From assembly GCA_021831005.1 (NCBI GenBank), contig JAKBNO010000052.1:1-36226 (forward strand): a stretch of 36,226 nt of DNA, written 5' to 3'. The position numbers and the translations under genes are program-made. Of the stretch, positions 15,635 through 24,208 are shown in pieces; the first letter of the stretch is position 1; every line of letters begins with the position of its first letter. The stretch comes from Thermoplasmata archaeon. Lineage in GTDB: Archaea > Thermoplasmatota > Thermoplasmata > Thermoplasmatales > GCA-001856825. The notes beneath the pieces were generated by a model, which ran no database searches, was not told where the DNA came from, and saw only the letters and a program-made list of their open reading frames with translations.

Positions 15635-16867
15635 TCAGACTTCATCTTTATGAAGCGCTTTGTAAATCCTACCCATCAGCAGCGGCTGGATAGTCAATGA
15701 AGTGAATATGATGACCAGTACAAGCGCTTCTATAGCCTGTCCCCAGTATTGCAGGAGCACGTTGTTTGTCTGATCCCCCATTATGAGAACGGTCGGCGCC
15801 AGTATGGCAGGGAAGATACCTCTCGTACCCTCCAACCCCACAAACACGAGGTCTCCGTACTTCAGGTCAACGTCCACCGAACCCGCCAGTATGACAGCGA
15901 GTGGTCTCACGATGAATATCAGAATCAGTGCAATCAGAATGCCAGGGATGACGAATGAAATAAGGATGGAAAGATTGATGGAAGCACCCAGAAACACGAA
16001 TATAAGGATCGCCGCGAAGGTGGATATGTTGTCCATGAACTGCTTGTAGTTCTCGAATTCTGTATCCCTCGGCATGAAATTCCCTGAGAGAACCCCGAAG
16101 ATGGCCGCAGCCATATAACCGGATCCGCCGCTCACAACAGTTATCGAGTAGGCAGACAAGCCGAACAATAGGAACATGGCTGTATAATATTCTTTGAAAT
16201 CCTTCGGCAGTTTGACCCTGAGTAGGTAGAGCAGTCCGAACAGGGCTCCAGCAATCAGTATCGGAAATAATCCCTGTGTGAAAAGAACGTAGAGGAACAC
16301 GTTGCTGAAAGTGAATGGAGACGACTGTATCAGGGAGACGTTCTTTGGAAAGAAGATGATTATTACCGCTATTAGGAACAGGTACGAGAACGGGTCGTTG
16401 AACACCGATTCTGTAATCAGCAACGTGGATGGTACTTCAGATACTTTCGTTTTCCTTAGAGATGTTATAACGGATGCTGGATCCGTGGAAGAGATAATGG
16501 CTCCGACCATGAACCCGACCCATACTGGTGCCCTCAGAAGGAATACCAGAATGACTCCGGTCGTTATCCCTGTGACAAAAAGAACAAAGGTCAACAACAT
16601 CGATAGTGGTTTCAGTATCCTCCTCAGCAGATATCTTGGAATCTTGGACGACTCGGCGAGTATAACGAATGCCGCTCCTATTGGCCCGATGTAATTGTAG
16701 AAGAGCACTTCAGCTTCCCCTGGCTTGATGAGGTAAAGAACCGGTCCCACCAGAATACCAAGCAGCAGGAGATACGGAATGTATACAGTCCCAGTGAGCC
16801 TAGCTATCAGCGTTGCTAAATACCCTAGAGTAAGTGCAATGAGGATGGGAGCTAGGAAGCTGTACAC
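15635..16867 (-). CDS. Na+/H+ (cation:proton) antiporter, CPA1/NhaP-type
   Basis: The 410-aa ORF has 10 or more TM segments. The N-terminus (LGYLATLIARLTG..IPYLLLLGILVGP) and overall organisation are typical of NhaP-like exchangers. It has a GTG start. A minus-strand TTTTAATC lies about 24 nt upstream. Confidence 0.8.
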   Translation of the reverse strand: MYSFLAPILIALTLGYLATLIARLTGTVYIPYLLLLGILVGPVLYLIKPGEAEVLFYNYIGPIGAAFVILAESSKIPRYLLRRILKPLSMLLTFVLFVTGITTGVILVFLLRAPVWVGFMVGAIISSTDPASVITSLRKTKVSEVPSTLLITESVFNDPFSYLFLIAVIIIFFPKNVSLIQSSPFTFSNVFLYVLFTQGLFPILIAGALFGLLYLLRVKLPKDFKEYYTAMFLLFGLSAYSITVVSGGSGYMAAAIFGVLSGNFMPRDTEFENYKQFMDNISTFAAILIFVFLGASINLSILISFVIPGILIALILIFIVRPLAVILAGSVDVDLKYGDLVFVGLEGTRGIFPAILAPTVLIMGDQTNNVLLQYWGQAIEALVLVIIFTSLTIQPLLMGRIYKALHKDEV

Positions 16868-16907
16868 TTGTGTATAACAGCAAATAGATTAAAATCTTTT
16901 TTTGAAC

Positions 16908-17729
16908 TCAGTTGCCAGTTTTCCAGCCTTTCGGGTAGACGCCTCTGTCTATAAGCACGACAGAAGGCTTCACGACTTCTCCCTCCCTGGTTCCCATTCC
17001 GAGGAGCTCTCCCCTGGGACTCATTATCCTGAGTGTCTTTCCCTCTCCCATGTCTTCTATGATCCCCTTCCTGAAAATACTCGCCCCATGGGCCATGGCA
17101 TCTATGGCACTCTCCTTCAGTATTATTCTTGGGTAGTCCTTTGTGACCTGCTCCGGATCGATGAGCATGCTCGAGAGCAGCTTCTCGTCACCGTCCTTGT
17201 AAAGTGTGTATGCGTCCTTGAGTTTATGCAGTGTCGATAGGTTGGATTCGTCCAGGGGTCCGCTGCGTGTCCTTCTGAGCTCGACCATGTTCCCGCCAAC
17301 CAGGAGCGCATCTCCCATATCCCTGCAGAGCGTCCTGATGTAGACGCCTGATTCAACGTCTGCATTGAAAAGGACATGTCTCTCTTTCATTTCCATTAAT
17401 TTGAGTGAATATATCATCCTCTTTCTGAGGTTCCTTGCGACCGCCGATCTGAGCGGTGGAAATTGAAAAATCTCCCCCGTGAATTCCTTCAGCACGTCCT
17501 CGACCCTCATCCTGTCCACAGCCTTGTGAAGCAGCATTAGCGTGACGTACTCCTTGCCCTGTTCGTGCAGGAAATCTGCCAGTCTCGTTGCTTTTTCCAA
17601 TCCCACGGGTAATACGCCCGTCACGTTTGGGTCCAGAGTACCCACGTGACCCGCTTTTGAGATCCCCAGAATTTCCTTGACCCACGCAGACACCTGATGT
17701 GAGGTGGGGCCGCGCGGCTTGTCCAGCAC
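16908..17729 (-). CDS. cbf5: tRNA/rRNA pseudouridine synthase Cbf5 (H/ACA RNP catalytic subunit); N-terminus probably extends upstream
   Basis: It contains LDKPRGPTSHQVSAWVK...AGHVGTLDPNVTGVLPV with the catalytic Asp motif, and a C-terminal PUA domain. The frame is open to 17801 and encodes FGKEPRERSIEERINFGFV, which resembles the Cbf5 N-terminal segment. There is no canonical start before GTG 17729. Confidence 0.9.
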   Translation of the reverse strand: MLDKPRGPTSHQVSAWVKEILGISKAGHVGTLDPNVTGVLPVGLEKATRLADFLHEQGKEYVTLMLLHKAVDRMRVEDVLKEFTGEIFQFPPLRSAVARNLRKRMIYSLKLMEMKERHVLFNADVESGVYIRTLCRDMGDALLVGGNMVELRRTRSGPLDESNLSTLHKLKDAYTLYKDGDEKLLSSMLIDPEQVTKDYPRIILKESAIDAMAHGASIFRKGIIEDMGEGKTLRIMSPRGELLGMGTREGEVVKPSVVLIDRGVYPKGWKTGN

Positions 17730-17766
17730 GACGAAACCGAAGTTTATACGCTCTTCTATCGATCTT

Positions 17767-18321
17767 TCACGTGGTTCCTTGCCGAATACTGAGACCAGAG
17801 ATTATCACCTCCGCGATTTTTTCTGCTCCTTCTGAACTTGCATCCACAACTAGATCATATATCGATGTGTCCCTGAAATCTATTCCATAGTATTTCTTGT
17901 AGCGAGCCCACTCGCTCTCTTCCCTTTCTCTTATCTGATAGAGCAGGTTGTCTCCCTTCTCTTCTTCCCTGTAATGTATGGAATTCCTGATCCTCTGGAG
18001 ACGCACATCCTCCCTTGCATCTACGAAAACCTTGAAGGCCTCTATACCATTCATATGACACAGCCATCCTGAGAGTCTCGACTCAACGATTACATTGGAT
18101 TTCGCTCTCAGAACGTCCAGAAGATATGAGTCTAGCACCCTATCGTAGCTGCCCTCTTTCTCGGCCGTTGTTCCCAGTTCTGCGAGTGAAATTTTCATTT
18201 CTTTTGCCTTTTCCCTGAAAATCTTTCCACCGGTGACGAGTTCATAGGACAACCTGTTGCTGACAATTTCTGCAACAGTCGTCTTACCGCTGCCCGGTGG
18301 ACCCGATATAGTTACCCTCAT
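17767..18321 (-). CDS. cmk: Cytidylate kinase, archaeal type
   Basis: MRVTISGPPGSGKTTVAE is the P-loop. Length and synteny (adk-DUF106-cmk-cbf5) also fit. Confidence 0.9.
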   Translation of the reverse strand: MRVTISGPPGSGKTTVAEIVSNRLSYELVTGGKIFREKAKEMKISLAELGTTAEKEGSYDRVLDSYLLDVLRAKSNVIVESRLSGWLCHMNGIEAFKVFVDAREDVRLQRIRNSIHYREEEKGDNLLYQIREREESEWARYKKYYGIDFRDTSIYDLVVDASSEGAEKIAEVIISGLSIRQGTT

Positions 18322-18997
18322 TCCTAACTCTCCGTCTCATGTACCATAGTTTAAGCGAGTACTGCAACGGGTATGTGAATATTAATGAAAACAGCGAGTA
18401 CAGTCCTATCCATATGTAGAATCCGAAATAGCGCGTCATGAGGTCTCCCTGACCGAACGGTGAATTGATCGCTGTGAAATCGAGTTTCTGGACCTGGTAC
18501 ATGAATCCTATCAACCACGCGAAGATCAGCACCGTGAGTATCAGTGTCACGAAAGTTGGCTTCATCTGCTGCTGCGTCAACTTCATCGAGTCCTGCATTG
18601 ACCTGGACTGCTCGGCTCTGACTGAATCCATTTCAGCCTTGTCCCTTGACCTTATTGCTTCCCTATATCTCCCCTGGAGTTTCTTGTTCTTGTGCTGCAT
18701 TTCTGCCATACCGAAATAATCGGTGAAGAAATGTCTTGCAATCGTGTTCACAAATCCGGTCAGGAGAGCTGCCCCCAGGATTGTGAATAGCGGACGAGTG
18801 TAGTCGAACCCTATGACCGGCTGAAGGATGTACGTCATGGGTATCGAGAACAATTCCCTCAGAGTCGGGACGGTATAAACGAACAGGAGAAGGATCATTA
18901 CCAGGAAATAGAGCATCTGCGTCCTCATCGAAGAGGACATGGCCTGCTGCTGTTCCCTGGTCTGAGGTGTTGGTGGAGATCGCTGTCTCTGACTCAT
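18284..18997 (-). CDS. DUF106 / EMC3-TMCO1-like membrane protein (archaeal YidC/Oxa1-like insertase candidate)
   Basis: It has three hydrophobic segments with a basic coiled segment between them (HKNKKLQGRYREAIRSRDKAEMD). It occupies the conserved position between adkA and cmk. It has an ATGA overlap with adkA. Confidence 0.78.
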   Translation of the reverse strand: MSQRQRSPPTPQTREQQQAMSSSMRTQMLYFLVMILLLFVYTVPTLRELFSIPMTYILQPVIGFDYTRPLFTILGAALLTGFVNTIARHFFTDYFGMAEMQHKNKKLQGRYREAIRSRDKAEMDSVRAEQSRSMQDSMKLTQQQMKPTFVTLILTVLIFAWLIGFMYQVQKLDFTAINSPFGQGDLMTRYFGFYIWIGLYSLFSLIFTYPLQYSLKLWYMRRRVRNEGNYIGSTGQR

Positions 18998-19557
18998 TGC
19001 CCACCTCCATCGTTCGATCTTATTACGGAGATTATCTTAAAAGAAGCCTCTTTTACCTTTCCGTTCTCGTTCATTACGACCAGCAGTGGAGAGCCTGTCA
19101 TGGCAGAATAAGTTATCCCGTATTCCCTGTTGGCCTCCATGTGAGACCTAATCTTCTCGAGGGAGTCCTTGTCCCTTTTCCTTCTCGGATCGTTCTTTCT
19201 CCTTTCAAATATCTCGAGCGGGTCCGCTTCTATTGATATGAAAAGGTCCGGATGTAGTGTATCGAGTACGTTGACTGGCAACCCAGGGAGGTACCCTCCC
19301 TCGGTGTTGACTGAGAAGTGAGTGTCGATGATGACATCCTTGAACTGCGCGAGTTTCTCCGCTGCAAGCGCCTGTATCTCCTTCTGCTTCACCACCGGAA
19401 GTTTTCTCAACTCGTCCCTACTCTTTGCATAATCCCGGACAATGGCTTCCTTGAGCATTGCGTCCCCGTAGTTTTCCACCCTGAACCCATCCTTCAAGAG
19501 TTCTTCGAGGACTGTGGTCTTTCCTACCCCGGGAATCCCCCCTATTATCACTTTCAT
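18994..19557 (-). CDS. adkA: Adenylate kinase, archaeal type
   Basis: MKVIIGGIPGVGKTTV is the P-loop. DTHFSVNTEGGYLPGLP is the archaeal AdkA motif. It lies directly downstream of secY. Confidence 0.9.
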   Translation of the reverse strand: MKVIIGGIPGVGKTTVLEELLKDGFRVENYGDAMLKEAIVRDYAKSRDELRKLPVVKQKEIQALAAEKLAQFKDVIIDTHFSVNTEGGYLPGLPVNVLDTLHPDLFISIEADPLEIFERRKNDPRRKRDKDSLEKIRSHMEANREYGITYSAMTGSPLLVVMNENGKVKEASFKIISVIRSNDGGGQ

Positions 19558-19562
19558 CTGCT

Positions 19563-21320
19563 CTACAATCCTCCAAAGAAGTCTCTCATGAAAGGATACA
19601 TTTCTGTCATCTGCTCCTTGCCCATCGCTTGGTATAGCTGAATGACAATACCCACAGTCAGCAACACACCAGTTCCTGAGGCATTACCAACCGTGCCGAT
19701 GAGGTCTGCTCCAGCAGCAAGTGCTCCTACTGCAGCACCACTGAAGACTGTGATTGCAGGTATGTATTTGTCCAGGACCCTCTTTAGGACCCTCGGGTCC
19801 CTTCTGAATCCGGGGATCTGCATCCCAGAGCTTTGAATCTGTCTCGCGACACCTTCAGAGTTCATGTTGGTCGTCTCAATCCAGAACTTCGCGAACATTA
19901 CAGATGCTCCGACCATGAAAGTGACATAAGCCAGCACATGGACGCTCATCTCCCAAGGGGGATGGCTGAGCAGTTGTGTCTGGTACACCGAAGGCTGTAA
20001 TATCGGGAAGAGCCAGTTGGCTATCCCGTTCGGATTTGCAAGGTACCACGCCAGTCCACCGATAGGAGTCGTCTGCTGTATGTTCAGCTGGGTGGCTAGC
20101 GATGACGATGGATATGCACCAAGCAACCAGTTGTGTCCAAATATCGGAACGTGGGCGAGTGTAGGATTTGTCCAGAACAGCAGTGTCCACATAGATAGGT
20201 TAGCAAGAACCGCTGCTGCGAGTATGACTGGTATGTTGGATGCGTACATCAGCTGTATCGGATATCTTCCCCTCGCACCTCTGGCCCTCTCGTGAGCCAG
20301 CGGCAGTTCCACCTTGACCGTTTGTGCCCAAACCACCAGGAAGAAAATGAATATAGTTCCCACTAGCGCGATCAGTGGATTCGGAGGCGAAAACAGAATC
20401 CTCTCTAGTCCACCCGAGAACAGCGAGGCAGCGCTGTAATGGCCCAGGAGAAAGAATGTCTTGGGAAGCGCCCCACTTGGTGGATTGAGTACCGACAACG
20501 CAGAAGATGTGCTGACCGGCACCCAGTTCAGGGTACCGAGAATCAGTGCCTGCGAAACTCCTGCTGCGATGAAGAGTGAAACTCCAGAGCCTATTCCCCA
20601 CTTGGATACAAGCTCATCCATGAAGAACAGCAAGTACGAGCCCATGAATATCTGCAGGATTATGGCCATTCTGGCAAGCAGCAGTCCATATCCTGGTACG
20701 GCAGCATTCAGCCCCGAAATGAGTATCGGATCTGGTGGGAGGTAACCGAATACCTGAGGTACTGCCTCCACGAATATCATTATGATCACCAGGAGTTTCT
20801 GTGCTCCCTGGTAGAGGGCTTTGTCCTCTCCCTTCGTAAGGTCTATGTTGATGATCTTCGCTCCGGAGAACAGTTGCATGATGATGCTGGCCGTAACGAT
20901 TGGACCTATTCCGAGGTCCATTATTGAACCGGCCTGACCTGCGAATATGGTACGGAACTGGGCGAACACGTCGATTATCTGCGACTTGTCCAGTCCGTAC
21001 ACGAATACGTTCGACAGTACAAAATAAATTATCAGAACCAGTGCAGTCCAGAGGAACTTCTCCTTGAACCTGACGTGCCTTCCCGGTCTCTTGACCGCGG
21101 GAAGTCTCTCGACGAGGTTCTTCCAGCCGTACAGCTTGGAACCCTCGCCGGTGTAAGATAGAAGAAGATACGCAAGATAGTAGAGTGGTGATAGGAAGAG
21201 TGAGATTATGACCGTGTACGGTATGTTGTAATGTGCGTACCTGTAGTCTATGTACACATTAGCGGCGAATACGAGAATCAGAGGTATGGAAACTAATCTA
21301 TTCCTCTTTATCTCCGCCAT
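19563..21320 (-). CDS. secY: Preprotein translocase subunit SecY (unusually long, 585 aa)
   Basis: The conserved start region LPAVKRPGRHVRFKEKFLWTALVLIIYFVLS appears only at about residue 72. Other motifs are GIGPIVTASIIMQL and PGFRRDPRV. ATG 21320 is preceded by GGGGGAGAGGT. It follows rpl15. Confidence 0.92.
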   Translation of the reverse strand: MAEIKRNRLVSIPLILVFAANVYIDYRYAHYNIPYTVIISLFLSPLYYLAYLLLSYTGEGSKLYGWKNLVERLPAVKRPGRHVRFKEKFLWTALVLIIYFVLSNVFVYGLDKSQIIDVFAQFRTIFAGQAGSIMDLGIGPIVTASIIMQLFSGAKIINIDLTKGEDKALYQGAQKLLVIIMIFVEAVPQVFGYLPPDPILISGLNAAVPGYGLLLARMAIILQIFMGSYLLFFMDELVSKWGIGSGVSLFIAAGVSQALILGTLNWVPVSTSSALSVLNPPSGALPKTFFLLGHYSAASLFSGGLERILFSPPNPLIALVGTIFIFFLVVWAQTVKVELPLAHERARGARGRYPIQLMYASNIPVILAAAVLANLSMWTLLFWTNPTLAHVPIFGHNWLLGAYPSSSLATQLNIQQTTPIGGLAWYLANPNGIANWLFPILQPSVYQTQLLSHPPWEMSVHVLAYVTFMVGASVMFAKFWIETTNMNSEGVARQIQSSGMQIPGFRRDPRVLKRVLDKYIPAITVFSGAAVGALAAGADLIGTVGNASGTGVLLTVGIVIQLYQAMGKEQMTEMYPFMRDFFGGL

Positions 21321-21747
21321 TAGTTTCTACCTCTCCCCCTGCATTCTTGACTTTTTCAATTGCTTTCTCAGTTGCCTTTCCCACCTTGATTATGAACGGT
21401 CTTCCGACCTGACCTCCACCCAGAAGCACTCCGTATCCCATCTTCCCCAGGTCTACCCTGATCTTGTCTTCTTCAACCAGTGCCATCCCGGTTTCCACCA
21501 GCTTCTCTGAAGTCCTGTCGATGTCTCCGATGTTGATCGCCTTGACGTCGACCATCTGTGCGTGTCTGGTAAATCCGTGGACTCCGTAGTGGTCAGGCAT
21601 GTATACCTGCATCCAGATCCACCTGTGCTTTCCAAGACCTGCCATTCCTTTTCCTCCTCTCTTTCCCTTTCCTCTACCGGCCTTGTGTCCCCGACCGTAA
21701 GCTCCACCTCTCAACTTCTTAGTTTTCTCCCTTACCACTCTTACCAC
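21298..21747 (-). CDS. rpl15: 50S ribosomal protein L15 (uL15)
   Basis: The basic Gly-rich N-terminus is [25 protein letters not shown]. It lies between rpl30 and secY. Confidence 0.95.
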   Translation of the reverse strand: MVRVVREKTKKLRGGAYGRGHKAGRGKGKRGGKGMAGLGKHRWIWMQVYMPDHYGVHGFTRHAQMVDVKAINIGDIDRTSEKLVETGMALVEEDKIRVDLGKMGYGVLLGGGQVGRPFIIKVGKATEKAIEKVKNAGGEVETNGGDKEE

Positions 21748-22201
21748 CTTCCAGCATTGCGTCTATGAGTTTGTTTATGTCCTTCCCTCTGTATCCCAGG
21801 GCACCCTTCATTTTGTACGTCCTCCTCGTGGAATGATATCCCTTCCTCGGTGGATTCATCCTGAATACAGGCTTCAAACCCTCTATGTCGTTCACCTTCA
21901 TGCTTCCGTCCAGAAGCTTTGTCGCCATTTCCTTGATCGTCCCGAAACCAAGTTCCTTTATAGCTTCTTCCCCCAATGGTTTGTTTCCGACGATCCTTCC
22001 CTTCTCCTCGAGCAATTTGATCAGGTGTTCCTCGTCAATCTCCCCCCAGGTGACGTAGTCCTTCGCCTTCTTCAACTGTCCAAGCTGTGACTCATCAACG
22101 AGGACTAGGTGATTGTTCTTGGTTAGCCTCATCTGTTGGAATGATTTCTTGATCCTGGGATCTGTTTTATTGCTTCCTCTGACTTTTATCACTGCTAACA
22201 T
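21719..22201 (-). CDS. rpl30: 50S ribosomal protein L30 (uL30)
   Basis: [26 protein letters not shown] is the uL30 N-terminal pattern. Synteny also fits. Confidence 0.95.
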   Translation of the reverse strand: MLAVIKVRGSNKTDPRIKKSFQQMRLTKNNHLVLVDESQLGQLKKAKDYVTWGEIDEEHLIKLLEEKGRIVGNKPLGEEAIKELGFGTIKEMATKLLDGSMKVNDIEGLKPVFRMNPPRKGYHSTRRTYKMKGALGYRGKDINKLIDAMLEGGKSGKGEN

Positions 22202-22853
22202 TCATCACACCTCCCTTGTATATCGGTGTACTAAGATTCAGTTTTTCATTTATCTTGAATTTAGCCGTCTCCTTGAGTGCGTTGAAGGTCGCGAATGCAA
22301 AGTTGACTGTGCTCTTGGTGTGTCCCTCGGAGAACCCCCAGGTATCCTGTATCCCTGCAATCGTAAGCACCTTCTTCGGTATGTCTCCGATTGCGAGTCC
22401 GACGCCCTGTGGAGCAGGTTTCAGGTAGACCCTAACGGACCCGGACTTACCCATCACTCTGAACGGTAGTGTGTGGCTCCTTCCGCATCCGCATTCCCAC
22501 GAACCGCATCCTCTCTTGATCTCGATGAGGTTGATCTTCGCGTTTACTATTGCCTTCTCGATTGCGTCCCCGGTTTCCCTTGCCTTGCCGTGTCCCATTC
22601 CGACATAGCCGTCCTTGTTCCCGATAACGACCGTCGCGGCAAACTTCACCTTCCTTCCAGAGTCCGACATCTTCTGGACCATCTTTATCTCGATGACCTC
22701 GTCCTCGAGATTGGGCAAGAGCGTGTCAACGATTCCCGATTCCCTAATGGGCATACGGGTGCCGAGGACCTCTGATATAGATTTGATCTTGCCTTCTTTG
22801 ACCATCTTGCCGAGCCTCGTTCTTGGTACCCATTCAACTTCATCTTTTGTCAC
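22167..22853 (-). CDS. rps5: 30S ribosomal protein S5 (uS5)
   Basis: The core motif is [33 protein letters not shown]. Synteny also fits. The 3' end overlaps rpl30 by 35 nt. Confidence 0.95.
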   Translation of the reverse strand: MTKDEVEWVPRTRLGKMVKEGKIKSISEVLGTRMPIRESGIVDTLLPNLEDEVIEIKMVQKMSDSGRKVKFAATVVIGNKDGYVGMGHGKARETGDAIEKAIVNAKINLIEIKRGCGSWECGCGRSHTLPFRVMGKSGSVRVYLKPAPQGVGLAIGDIPKKVLTIAGIQDTWGFSEGHTKSTVNFAFATFNALKETAKFKINEKLNLSTPIYKGGVMNVSSDKSQRKQ

Positions 22854-23356
22854 TGTGATTCCTCCATCGCTTTCTTAACCTGTTCGATCGAATTCTCTTG
22901 AACGGTCTTGAGATGCTTCCCCGCGAGCCTGTCCTTGTGGGGCAGGAATTTCTTGCTGACAGGAACTTTCAGACCGGAATCTAGCATTCCCTGCACGCTC
23001 GCCATGAGCTTGTTCCCCTTGATGACCTTCTGTCTTCCAAGGTCTACCACGACGTGCTTTATTCCCTTCTTCTTTGCCCTGATACCCACCAGGTAACCCG
23101 CGAGGTAGGAGGCTGGCATGTTCCCTGTAGGGCTCGTCCATCCGAACTTCTTCAGTTCTACGGTGGAACCGTGCGCGACGATCCTATCCCCGTTGACTGC
23201 GTACTCAGCAATATCTACCTGCATGTTCTTGAGCGATTTCCTGATGATGGCTCTCGGGGAGTCTGACTTGATGAGTGCCAGTCTCTTCCTGTAGTCCGTC
23301 TTCTGGAGCCTTCTCCTCTTCAGCGGCATAATGTATCTTGAATTCATTTCACTCAC
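22850..23356 (-). CDS. rpl18: 50S ribosomal protein L18 (uL18)
   Basis: It contains [21 protein letters not shown]. Synteny also fits. Confidence 0.95.
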   Translation of the reverse strand: MSEMNSRYIMPLKRRRLQKTDYRKRLALIKSDSPRAIIRKSLKNMQVDIAEYAVNGDRIVAHGSTVELKKFGWTSPTGNMPASYLAGYLVGIRAKKKGIKHVVVDLGRQKVIKGNKLMASVQGMLDSGLKVPVSKKFLPHKDRLAGKHLKTVQENSIEQVKKAMEESQ

Positions 23357-23807
23357 CCTTCAGGGCCCCCTGTTCCCTCATGTGGAGGAGCAGAGCATTC
23401 TTCGTCCTGAACGTTCCTCCCTTGATCTTCTTATAGAAGAGTCTGTAGTCTGACCTAGTTATCTTACCAGAGTCTCTCATTTCCTTGAGAGAGTTCCTCA
23501 TTGCCCGGATGCTCCTGACCCATTTCCTCTTCTTGGGGTCCCTCGCTTTCTTCGTACCCTTCCTTGACCCGGGACCCTTCCTCCTTCCCTTGTTCCTCTG
23601 CGCCTTTGCGACCTTGAACCTTGACCTTGAATTTCCCTTTGAGGGTCTCTTCTGTATCACGTTCCTCTTGATCAGTTTCCTGATGTCGTCCTTGGTGACC
23701 GCTTCCGCGATGTCGTCTACGCTCTTCGTGTCCATCCATACCCGTGACATCCCGGCCTTCATGAGCTGGGCAGCCATCCTCTTCTGTGGACTCAACGTTG
23801 CCATCAT
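23349..23807 (-). CDS. rpl19e: 50S ribosomal protein L19e (eL19)
   Basis: It contains QKRMAAQLMKAGMSRVWMD and the basic tract RRKGPGSRKGTKKAR. Synteny also fits. Confidence 0.95.
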   Translation of the reverse strand: MMATLSPQKRMAAQLMKAGMSRVWMDTKSVDDIAEAVTKDDIRKLIKRNVIQKRPSKGNSRSRFKVAKAQRNKGRRKGPGSRKGTKKARDPKKRKWVRSIRAMRNSLKEMRDSGKITRSDYRLFYKKIKGGTFRTKNALLLHMREQGALKGE

Positions 23808-24208
23808 TTCACCTCGTTCAGTAGCTTTATTCCAGAGGCCTTTGCCTTCTCCTGGATCACTCTTCTCTTCTTCATCCCGACCTTAGAGCTGATCCTGGCA
23901 GCATCCGTTTTCGGATTTATCTTTTCCAGGTCTGCGAGAGTTGAAACGTAGACCTCCTTGAATCCCGAAGGATGGAGATTCCTGACCTTTACCGGTCCCC
24001 TGTACCCTGACTCGACCCATGCATGCCTGTATCCCTTCTTCTCCCTCAGCTTGGAGTGCTTGCCCCTGGGTCTCCTCCAGGAAGTTCCAAGCTTCTTGTA
24101 TCTGAACCACTCCTGCCTGTGGAATTCCGGCCTCTTCCTGTTCATCTTGTTCCGGATACCCAGCAGTCTCTTTCCCTCATTGTCCATCTCAACCTTCAAC
24201 AACATCAC
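23804..24208 (-). CDS. rpl32e: 50S ribosomal protein L32e (eL32)
   Basis: It contains RKRPEFHRQEWFRYKKLGTSWRRPRGKHSK. Start options are GTG 24208, ATG 24205, or ATG 24187. Confidence 0.94.
   Translation of the reverse strand: MMLLKVEMDNEGKRLLGIRNKMNRKRPEFHRQEWFRYKKLGTSWRRPRGKHSKLREKKGYRHAWVESGYRGPVKVRNLHPSGFKEVYVSTLADLEKINPKTDAARISSKVGMKKRRVIQEKAKASGIKLLNEVK

Noticed and set aside
15451-15645. Minus-strand 64-aa ORF downstream of and overlapping the antiporter stop.
   Set aside because: It has Ser/Leu-rich composition typical of an antisense frame. The plus-strand 54-aa ORF in the same place has a promoter-like element and protein-like sequence.
17767-17801. Programmed +1 frameshift producing a cmk-Cbf5 fusion protein.
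   Set aside because: I see no recognisable slippery or stimulatory element. The idea rests only on the lack of a canonical cbf5 start. Non-canonical initiation or sequence error is more parsimonious. The observation itself is kept as a finding.
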